Source: Flavobacteriaceae bacterium
GTDB lineage: Bacteria; Bacteroidota; Bacteroidia; Flavobacteriales; Flavobacteriaceae
Length of the DNA stretch: 32,000 nucleotides
Assembly: GCA_965224465.1 (NCBI GenBank)
Contig: OZ245049.1
Coordinates: 960,001 to 992,000, forward strand
Direction: 5' to 3'
Shown piece by piece: positions 19,090 through 26,139 of this stretch; the first letter of the stretch is position 1, and each line of letters opens with the position of its first letter. Both the position numbers and the translations under genes were made by a program. The notes under the pieces are model-generated. The model was not told the origin of the DNA, did no database searches, and saw nothing but the letters and a program-made list of their open reading frames with translations.

Positions 19090-20004
19090 TTAATTCCACC
19101 CCTTACTCTTAAGTACCCATCCATTATTAAGTTTAATGACAGGAGGTTTCACCTGTAATTTATTATAGTATTTTTCAAATATCTTATCTTCCTTTTCTTT
19201 GTCCTCAGTGGCGTACGAATAAGCGAACATGAATTTGGGTTGGGACGCAAGGATTTTTACGCGTTTGTCAATGAGACCAAAATCTTGCTTTTGAATTAAA
19301 GTTTTTTTCATTTCAGCCATAAAAGATTTCGGATTTCGTTCGATTGAACTTTCATAACATCTTAAATGAGCTTCGAGTCCAGATACACCACCTAGAGCCC
19401 CACTTCCTTTCTTAAGCTCAATAACACAAAGAACTCCTGCTTTATTTACCGCTATGATATCAAATCTAGGTTTTTTTATTTTCCCATTTCTCCCTTTATA
19501 GATACAAGCAAATTTACTTTTCGTACTCACTTGATATTCTATGTCAATAATTGTATAGTCAGATTTTCCATCACGATTTTCAATAGATAATTGATGTTGC
19601 TCTATCCTTTCTGGTTTCTGATTTAGTTTGATCCATTTATCCATAACCCCTTTGGCTTCATCAAAATATTCCTTAAAATTACCTGATTTGAATTTTTGGG
19701 TCAACTCATTTCTTTTCTGTGTCAATCTTTCTATCATCTCGCTACCTAAATCTTTTGCAGCTCCATTTTCTCCTGTATAGAAATAGTTTTTATTAAACAA
19801 TACGCTATTTGCGCTACTAACCATGGCTATATTTCCTCCTTGATAATAGATATTCAAGTAATTGTTTCGAATTTGAACATCTAATTTATTTCTGTCCTTA
19901 TAAATTACATCAAGCATTGGTTTCAACGCACCTGATTTCAATGTCAATGCATCCCACAACTTACCTTTATGAATTCCTCTACCTAAGTATTCCTTATCCA
20001 CCAT
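19090..20004 (-). CDS. PD-(D/E)xK nuclease-fold protein, family unassigned (possibly a Shedu/DUF4263-like or restriction-endonuclease-like orphan)
   Basis: 304 aa with a clean ATG start. The core motif is PRFD(182)IIAVNKAGVLCVIE(196)LK(198)KG, a beta-strand with D, then a hydrophobic strand with ExK, followed by LEAHLRCY. The N-terminal ~130 aa has no motif I recognise. Confidence 0.6.
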   Translation of the reverse strand: MVDKEYLGRGIHKGKLWDALTLKSGALKPMLDVIYKDRNKLDVQIRNNYLNIYYQGGNIAMVSSANSVLFNKNYFYTGENGAAKDLGSEMIERLTQKRNELTQKFKSGNFKEYFDEAKGVMDKWIKLNQKPERIEQHQLSIENRDGKSDYTIIDIEYQVSTKSKFACIYKGRNGKIKKPRFDIIAVNKAGVLCVIELKKGSGALGGVSGLEAHLRCYESSIERNPKSFMAEMKKTLIQKQDFGLIDKRVKILASQPKFMFAYSYATEDKEKEDKIFEKYYNKLQVKPPVIKLNNGWVLKSKGWN

Positions 20005-20129
20005 GATTTCTTAATTTATTTAACTCCCTTTTTAAAAATTTGACAACTAATTAATTACATCTGTATCTTTCCCCAATTCTGGAATAGTTTAGAATCTGCA
20101 AAGCAAAAAAGGTGACACAGATGTATTAT

Positions 20130-20166
20130 GTACTTATCAAAACTTTTCCAAGGATTTGATAAGTAC
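20130..20166. promoter_or_regulatory. perfect 12-bp inverted repeat upstream of the nuclease gene
   Basis: gtacttatcaaa (20130-20141), a 13-nt loop, then tttgataagtac (20155-20166). It lies about 125 nt upstream of the minus-strand start at 20004. No adjacent T-run fits a terminator on either strand. Confidence 0.35.
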
Positions 20167-20193
20167 ATAAAAAAATAAAACGTTCAATGCTGT

Positions 20194-20228
20194 GAAAAAA
20201 TGGCTGATTGTATTTAACAACAGCCATT
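20194..20228 (-). terminator. intrinsic terminator for the 45-aa minus-strand ORF
   Basis: aatggctg (20199-20206) pairs with cagccatt (20221-20228). On the minus strand the hairpin is followed by TTTTTT(C). It starts 6 nt after the stop codon at 20234-20236. Confidence 0.6.
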
Positions 20229-20233
20229 AAAAA

Positions 20234-20371
20234 CTACTTTTTAGAATTTTTAGCACCAGCACTACTTGCTCTTGCAGAGAAAGATGATTTTGAAACTGAT
20301 CCATTTCCTCTTTTTGCAGTTGAACTTTGTATTCTTGCTGCAGCACTTGCAGTCATTTTTGACTTACTCAT
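20234..20371 (-). CDS. small (45 aa) Ser/Ala/Lys-rich protein with an SMP/LEA-like motif; not in the ORF track
   Basis: My translation: MSKSKMTASAAARIQSSTAKRGNGSVSKSSFSARASSAGAKNSKK. It has an ATG start and a TAG stop followed directly by a hairpin plus T-run terminator. The AAxRIQS...K.SF.ARA.SA pattern resembles small stress/seed-maturation-like proteins. Confidence 0.5.
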   Translation of the reverse strand: MSKSKMTASAAARIQSSTAKRGNGSVSKSSFSARASSAGAKNSKK

Positions 20372-20536
20372 ACACTTAATTTATACTGATTATTACACAA
20401 ATTTAAAAGGTAAAAAATAACTGTTACTAGATTTTGATTGACAAGGAGTTTTCTTAAAATCTAATACGATAACTCTTCGAAATACTAAGTACAACTAATT
20501 TAAAAACTTTAAATAAGCGACCCTTTTACTTATAAT

Positions 20537-20690
20537 TGCAATCCAAAATAACCGATATAAATAGTTTATTTTACGTGCTTGCATTGTTTAAAAACAGAAC
20601 GATAACAAAGGCTATACATCCATTTTCCGCCTATCTAAAACAAAAAATAATTCCATTTCTAAACTGTCACTTGGGAATTTAATTGGAATT
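20537..20690 (+). repeat. dispersed intergenic element, copy C
   Basis: tgcaatccaaaataaccgatataaatagtttattttacgtgcttgcattgtttaaaaacagaacgataacaaaggctatac...ccgcctatctaaaacaaaaaataattccatttctaaactgtcacttgggaatttaattggaatt. The internal hairpin is degenerate (4 of 6 pairs). Confidence 0.85.
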
Positions 20691-20831
20691 ACATCCGTTT
20701 TTTGAACAAGTGATTTTCTCGAAAGAACTCACCCAATGGACTGGATGATCATTCGTATTAACTCCACACCCTGTGGTTCCTCCTTTTTGCCCTTTGTGGA
20801 CTTCGTTTGTTGGATAGTGTTTTACTGCCAT
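20679..20831 (-). CDS. small (50 aa) Cys/His/Gly-rich hypothetical protein
   Basis: Track ORF 20679..20867. I prefer the second ATG (MAVKHYPTNEVHKGQKGGTTGCGVNTNDHPVHWVSSFEKITCSKNGCNSN), because the first 12 codons overlap an AT-rich promoter-like stretch. Four Cys and four His suggest metal binding. Confidence 0.4.
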   Translation of the reverse strand: MAVKHYPTNEVHKGQKGGTTGCGVNTNDHPVHWVSSFEKITCSKNGCNSN

Positions 20832-21289
20832 GATAATAGAATTTAGGTTTTGAAAATTATATAACATTAAAACTACACTAACATACGTTATATACTCATG
20901 ATAAATATCATTTCATAATTTAGCGTTAAACCGCACAGGACAAACGCACATTTTATACTCAATACGATTATCCGGCACACTTGATTCCTACTTACTTTAA
21001 GTCTTTTTCCTACAACACTTTATTTTTTGTATTTTTTTCTCCATAAAATAAAAGCGATTTTTAATGGTATTTAATAGCTTTGAATCTCATTTTTATATCT
21101 TTATCTAAAGACATCTTCAGAGAAAGCAACATCTAATGTCTAATGTAATTTATTTGTTACACCCATTGCTCTTCAAACTCCGAAAACCTCAATTATTGTA
21201 TCTTTTTGTTTTTATTAAATCTTTCTTTTTTTTACCTGAGGGATAGTAGTGGCATCCTTTTTTGTTTTTGGGCAAAAAAGATATAACGT

Positions 21290-21313
21290 ATAGCCCGACC
21301 CTTGGGGCAGGCC
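21290..21313 (-). repeat. GC-rich hairpin element, left copy (inverted relative to 21947-21976)
   Basis: The reverse complement gcctgccccaagggtcgggctata matches gcctcgccccaagggtacgaggtata downstream of the YkoF-like gene. On its own strand it is followed by a T-rich tract. Confidence 0.6.
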
Positions 21314-21575
21314 CAAATAATTATTACTTTTCATTTTCCCCACCTTTAAAAGATGTTTGAATTCCTAATTACGAACAAAAGTCCGCTATTTAATCACGTT
21401 TAATAAACAGTCTTCCAAAATCACGAAATCCAATACGCATTATTTGAAATGAATAAGCAATCCTAAAATAACATCCAACTAATTGGAATAATTTCTCTTT
21501 GATAATGATTTTATTTTACTACCTACATTCAACATTTTCACTATCTTTGTCTCTATAACTAATACCCATAAATTA

Positions 21576-21887
21576 ATGTCAGTACTATTAGAATTTGCCA
21601 TATTCCCCCTCGACAAAGGCGAGAGCGTAAGTCCTTATGTGAGTAATGTGGTACGTATGATACGCGAAAGTGGCGTTACGTATCAATTAACACCTATGGG
21701 AACCATCATAGAAACCGAAACCATGGCCGAAGCATTGGCTATTGTACAACAGTCTTATGATGTCCTGGAACCTGATTGTGACCGCGTGTATTCGACGCTT
21801 ACCATTGATATTCGCAAAGGTAAAAGCCAATGCTTGACAGGGAAAATAAAATCGGTAGAAAAAATTATTGGAGAGGTAAACAAATAG
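21576..21887 (+). CDS. MTH1187/YkoF-family (DUF77) thiamine-binding-like protein
   Basis: 103 aa. MSVLLEFAIFPLDKGESVSPYV...YQLTPMGTIIE..., the typical MTH1187 family N-terminus and size. Confidence 0.85.
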   Translation: MSVLLEFAIFPLDKGESVSPYVSNVVRMIRESGVTYQLTPMGTIIETETMAEALAIVQQSYDVLEPDCDRVYSTLTIDIRKGKSQCLTGKIKSVEKIIGEVNK

Positions 21888-21946
21888 TTGTCTTAAGACT
21901 TTTAAATTATTTTTATAATTTCAACTCCTTTAATCGTGTTTAGATC

Positions 21947-21976
21947 AACAGCCTCGCCCCAAGGGTACGAGGTATA
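21947..21976 (+). terminator. GC-rich hairpin element, right copy; probable terminator of the YkoF-like gene
   Basis: AACAG, then cctcgccc-caa-gggtacgagg (8 bp with a 2-nt bulge), followed by tatatttcc...ttttttt. It lies 60 nt after the stop. Confidence 0.4.
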
Positions 21977-22248
21977 TTTCCGGAATGTTTTTTTGTTTCG
22001 AGGAAAACCCTATAAAAATAAAATCACTAACGAGATACTAAACAAGTAGTTAGCTGTAATTAATCATCCTCCTTTGGATGTAATCTACTCGAATTTAGAA
22101 GATGCTTAGAATGGTTTTTTTTATTTTACAGAGTGATAATTCTTTAATGAATTGTGTTATTTCTTTACAGAACCCAGCTAGATGCTCAAAAAAAGCTCTT
22201 ACTAATTTTGGACACAAAATATCATCGCTTGTATTTAGAGTGTTATTT

Positions 22249-22412
22249 ATACCAACTTCAACACAAAATGACCCGTATAAATAGTTTGTTTTACGTACTA
22301 GCGTAGTTAAAAAGCAAACAGAACGATAGCGAAGGTTATCCATCGATTTTTTGAGTCGCTAAAACAAAAAATAGTCTATTTTTAAAACGTCACTTGGAAA
22401 TGTATTGGGATT
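22249..22412 (+). repeat. dispersed intergenic element, copy D
   Basis: ataccaacttcaacacaaaatgacccgtataaatagtttgttttacgtactagcgtagttaaaaagcaaacagaacgatagcgaaggttatcc...cgctaaaacaaaaaa...cgtcacttggaaatgtattgggatt. The hairpin gatagc-gaag-gttatc is intact with one G-U pair. Confidence 0.85.
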
Positions 22413-22642
22413 CGTAATTTTGGAGACTAAATATTATCGTTTATATTCAGAGTGTTATATACTCGAGCGTACACCATGAATTCTTTTCTTTATTTTTTTA
22501 ACCGCCATCTATTATATTATGAGCTAATTCTTGGTTTCCACAACCTTTTATCTTTCTAGAATTCCACTCTTGGACAAGTGCTAAAATACATCTTGTTAAA
22601 TTTTGGGCATTAAAAAAGGCCTGATAAAATCAGACCTTTTAG

Positions 22643-22717
22643 GGTGAAAGACCGGTTTCGAACCGGCGACCTCCTGAACCACAATCAGGCACTCTAACCA
22701 ACTGAGCTACAATCACC
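22643..22717 (-). tRNA. tRNA-His (GTG) with encoded G-1
   Basis: Hand fold of the reverse complement: G-1, acceptor gtgattg, D arm gctc-agttggtta-gagt, anticodon stem cctga/tcagg with loop ttGTGgt, T arm gccgg-ttcgaaa-ccggt, 3' acceptor ctttcac, then C73. G-1:C73 is the His identity element. Positions 5:68 and 6:67 are U-U mismatches. Confidence 0.8.
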
Positions 22718-22768
22718 ATCTCTCTTGCGAGTGCAAATGTACACTATTTTATAGTTCTCACAAACTAT

Positions 22769-23485
22769 TTAGAACAAATTTTCTAAAGAATTTACAGCAA
22801 CAAACCGTTCTACAGTATAGCCTTCAGCGTAATCTACTCCTACTAAGCGACCTAAGTCTTGTGCGCGATAAGAAATACTATCAATAAAATTTTTACTTGT
22901 AATAGGAGACGTAGGTTCTTTACTCTTAGGGTCGTAAAATTGGGATGCATACGCCATCACTGAAGCTATTTTTATATCCATAAATCCCGACACATTCACC
23001 ACAAAATCTGGTTTTATATTTTGCCATTGTATATAATGATAAACTACTTTTGGACGCCAAGCCTCTTGAGGTTCTCCTTCTAAAAACGTTTCGATTTTAC
23101 GAAGCCCCGACAAAAAACAGGCATTAGACACAAGATCACTTCCTTTTGGGTGATCAATATGACGATCGCTAACTGCATTACACAATACAATAGAAGGCCT
23201 ATATTTCCGAATCATTTTTACGACTTCCAATTGGTGTTCTTTATCATTTACAAAAAAACCGTCTGCAAATCCAAGATTCTCTCGAACACTTACCTTTAAT
23301 ATAGCAGCTGCGGCATCTGCTTCTTTTTTTCGGATTTCAGCAGAACCACGTGTCCCCAGTTCTCCTTTTGTTAGATCAATAATTCCAACTCGTTTCCCTA
23401 AAGAAATTTCCTTAGCAATTGTCCCTGAACATCCAATCTCCACATCATCTGGGTGTGCACCAAACGCCAAAATATCTAATTTCAT
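22769..23485 (-). CDS. bshB1: bacillithiol biosynthesis deacetylase BshB1 (LmbE/PIG-L family)
   Basis: MKLDILAFGAHPDDVEIGCSGT...DLTKGELGTRG...HIDHP, the LmbE zinc-deacetylase motifs. 238 aa. Confidence 0.85.
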   Translation of the reverse strand: MKLDILAFGAHPDDVEIGCSGTIAKEISLGKRVGIIDLTKGELGTRGSAEIRKKEADAAAAILKVSVRENLGFADGFFVNDKEHQLEVVKMIRKYRPSIVLCNAVSDRHIDHPKGSDLVSNACFLSGLRKIETFLEGEPQEAWRPKVVYHYIQWQNIKPDFVVNVSGFMDIKIASVMAYASQFYDPKSKEPTSPITSKNFIDSISYRAQDLGRLVGVDYAEGYTVERFVAVNSLENLF

Positions 23486-23606
23486 AAACCTTGTTTATAG
23501 TTAAAAAAACATGCTTCTCATAAATAACATGCAATGGCAACAAAGATAATGCATTGCGTACAATTAATCCATTAATACACTAATTCAAGACTAAAAACAA
23601 CAACTA

Positions 23607-23770
23607 ACACCAACTACAATCCAAAATATCAGATATAAATAGTTTATTTTACGTGCTAGCGTTGTTAAAAACCAGAACGATAGCTATGGCTATCCTTCCA
23701 TTTTTCGTCTAGATACAACAAAAAATAATTCCATTTCTAAACCCTCACTTGGAAAGGTATTTGTTGTAAG
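23607..23770 (+). repeat. dispersed intergenic element, copy E (closest to consensus)
   Basis: acaccaactacaatccaaaatatcagatataaatagtttattttacgtgctagcgttgttaaaaaccagaacgatagctatggctatccttccatttttcgtctagatacaacaaaaaataattccatttctaaaccctcacttggaaaggtatttgttg. Confidence 0.85.
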
Positions 23771-24370
23771 TCAATAACTTAGAAACAAGCCCACAAGGCA
23801 TGAAAAAGAAAAAAAACAGTAATCATTTCGATGCAGGCATCGGGGAATTAATACCTACAATATCGAAAAATATTATTTGATGATTTTAAAGGAGGTCTAT
23901 ACAATCCACATTATTCACATTTTTAGTTACTTATGTTTTTAAAATAATGAGTTATGAAGTACAATCCTATGATATCACAAGGGGTTTCTCTTCAAATTCT
24001 AAAAACCAACTAAGATCATATAAGCTAAAATTTAACTAAGACAGCTAGTTTTCGAAAACGAAACATCAGTGCAGAAATAATATATTTTACTTCTTTTAAA
24101 TGATAAACTACACGAAATATAGTACAAATAGCATTTACAAGAAATTTAATTAAAGTATTTTATATACCTTAGAGCTGAATTAATGTTTTATTACCTCAAC
24201 AAACAGATTTTTTACAATGCTATACATTGAATCAATCAAAGTTTGAATTTAAACTGCAAAAGATGGGAAAATTGCTATATCCGAATGAGTCTAGCCGAGG
24301 TTTAAATTAAACCTTAAGATACGCTCTCCTAATATCAACTATCGTATCTTAAATCGTAATAAAACTTGTA

Positions 24371-24402
24371 AACCACCTAAATAAAATTTAGGTGGTTTTT
24401 TA
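24371..24402 (+). terminator. orphan plus-strand intrinsic terminator with no annotated upstream gene
   Basis: aaccacctaaa-taaaa-tttaggtggtt (11-bp stem) followed by TTTTTTATT. Confidence 0.6.
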
Positions 24403-24412
24403 TTAATACCTC

Positions 24413-24444
24413 ATTTAATTAGTTGCACATGCAACTAATTAAAT
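24413..24444. promoter_or_regulatory. 32-bp near-perfect palindrome, probable MarR operator
   Basis: atttaattagttgca-ca-tgcaactaattaaat, 15-bp arms, ending 21 nt before the marR-family ATG at 24466. Confidence 0.6.
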
Positions 24445-24465
24445 ATTTATTCCTTTATTTGCAGT

Positions 24466-24930
24466 ATGAAACAGATTGAAGATTTTATTGATTTTGAAAA
24501 TTCCATTGGACCATGGTTGGGAAAAACAACAAAAATAATAGACATAAAAATACAAGAACAATTAAAATTACATGCAATAGATTTGACAAAGGAACAGATG
24601 GTAGTGCTAAAAAAATTATCTGAAAAGGATGGATTTAATCAAAATGAATTAGCAATACTAACCTTAAGAAATAAATCTTCACTTACCAGACTTGTGTGTA
24701 AAATGGAAAAAAAAGGGCTTCTTATACGAGAAACATGTAAGAAGGACAAAAGGAATAAACATTTATTTATTACCACATTAGGAAAAACAACATTTAAGAA
24801 AACAAGGCCTATAATCAAACATATATTGGACACAATGCATCAAGGGATATCTATTGAGGACAGAAAACAGATGATACATTTACTTCAAAAAATACAACAA
24901 AACTTTAACGAACAAAGCTCTTCCTTTTAA
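24466..24930 (+). CDS. MarR-family transcriptional regulator
   Basis: 154 aa. Winged-helix region LT.EQMVVLKKL....G.NQNELA......KSSLTRLV..MEKKGLI.R....D.R. It is the first gene of the efflux operon. Confidence 0.85.
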   Translation: MKQIEDFIDFENSIGPWLGKTTKIIDIKIQEQLKLHAIDLTKEQMVVLKKLSEKDGFNQNELAILTLRNKSSLTRLVCKMEKKGLLIRETCKKDKRNKHLFITTLGKTTFKKTRPIIKHILDTMHQGISIEDRKQMIHLLQKIQQNFNEQSSSF

Positions 24931-24939
24931 ACCAAACAT

Positions 24940-26055
24940 ATGAGAAAAATATTTTTTATAAGTATCGGAATACTACTACTAGCTGTCTCTCTTTTTACCT
25001 ATTCATACTTTGTAAAGAACAAGAAAAAGCCAAAAACAAACATTGAAAAAATAGTCAAAACAGTTTATAGTAAACCTGTAAAAAACACAACAATTCCATT
25101 TGTGATCACTTCTAATGGAACTGTTTTTTCCAGTAGAAAAATAGCCTTATTTTCCGAAGTACAGGGTATCTTAAAACTCCACACCAAAGCCTTTAAAGAA
25201 GGAACTAATTACAAAAAACACGAAACAATAATTCGCATTAATAGTGACGAGTTTATCAGTAACTTTAAGTCTCAACAAAGTAATTTCTACAATAAACTGA
25301 TTGCTATTATGCCAGACATTAAGTTGGATTTTCCTAACGAATTTGAAAAATGGAATCAGTATATCTCTTCTTATAAAATTGGTCAAAAACTACGTCCTTT
25401 ACCTACTACAACTTCGGACAAAGAAAAATTCTTTATCTCTGGAAGAGGTATAGACGCTAGCTATTATGCACTAAAAAATTTAGAGGTCAAATTAGCCAAA
25501 TTCACTCTAAAAGCACCCTTTAACGGTATCCTTACAGAAGCTTTAGTCAGCAATGGTTCTTTAGTAAGACCTGGTCAAAAATTGGGGGAATTTATAAACT
25601 TAGACAGGTATGAATTAGAAATAGCCGTTGGTACGGAGAATGCACATTTTTTAACCATAGGAAAACCCGTTTCACTAAATAATTTAGAAAAAACAGTAAA
25701 TTATACAGGGAAAATTATTCGAATCAATGGAAAAATAGATGCGGCTACACAAACGCTAAAAGTATATGTACAAATTTCGGATAAACGTTTAAAAGAAGGA
25801 ATGTATTTAGAAGCAACAATACAGGCAAGTGAAGTAGAAAATGCAGTTGAAATCCCTAGAAAATTACTGCAAAACACCAACCAATTGTATGTTGTAAAAA
25901 ACAACAAACTTGAATTAGTAACTGTATTCCCCGTGTTTTATGGTGAGAACACCGTAATTGTAAAAGGGCTTACCGATGGAAGTAATATCCTTACAAAGTC
26001 ACTCCCAGGAGCATACCCAGGAATGTCTGTTAGATTAAGCTCCGAAACCCCCTAA
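24940..26055 (+). CDS. RND efflux periplasmic adaptor (membrane fusion protein, HlyD-like)
   Basis: N-terminal TM anchor, the beta-barrel/lipoyl-type block LKAPFNGILTE..V..GS.V.PGQ.L, and its position between marR and the RND pump. Confidence 0.85.
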   Translation: MRKIFFISIGILLLAVSLFTYSYFVKNKKKPKTNIEKIVKTVYSKPVKNTTIPFVITSNGTVFSSRKIALFSEVQGILKLHTKAFKEGTNYKKHETIIRINSDEFISNFKSQQSNFYNKLIAIMPDIKLDFPNEFEKWNQYISSYKIGQKLRPLPTTTSDKEKFFISGRGIDASYYALKNLEVKLAKFTLKAPFNGILTEALVSNGSLVRPGQKLGEFINLDRYELEIAVGTENAHFLTIGKPVSLNNLEKTVNYTGKIIRINGKIDAATQTLKVYVQISDKRLKEGMYLEATIQASEVENAVEIPRKLLQNTNQLYVVKNNKLELVTVFPVFYGENTVIVKGLTDGSNILTKSLPGAYPGMSVRLSSETP

Positions 26056-26139
26056 AGTAACCACCTCTACACAAGAGAAGGCGGCAGAATATAAACAAAT
26101 AGTAACTAGCTCTTTAACAAGGTTCCAAAACAAATAAGC

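Noticed and set aside
20208-20420. 70-aa plus-strand track ORF
   Set aside because: It overlaps, in antisense, the 45-aa minus-strand ORF, which has an ATG start and its own terminator. The plus-strand ORF has no such support.
21200-21575. TPP riboswitch upstream of the YkoF/MTH1187-like thiamine-binding gene
   Set aside because: cctgagggatag superficially recalls the CUGAGA box, but the pyrimidine-sensor helix and the GGAUAAUGCC-type segment are absent. The sequence belongs to the GC-hairpin repeat module.
22095-22343. 82-aa minus-strand and 60-aa plus-strand track ORFs (22095..22343 and 22102..22284)
   Set aside because: They overlap each other and run through dispersed-element copy D and its flanking direct repeat. 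They are most likely repeat-derived artefacts.
17090-22642. Integrated prophage, ICE or satellite at the tRNA
   Set aside because: No integrase, recombinase, replication or structural genes, and no visible duplication of a tRNA 3' end. I keep only the weaker description of a gene-poor islet.
23791-23871. 26-codon ORF MKKKKNSNHFDAGIGELIPTISKNII and other ORFs under 20 codons in the 23.8-24.4 kb gap
   Set aside because: There are no supporting signals and the sequences are short and low-complexity. They cannot be distinguished from chance in AT-rich DNA.
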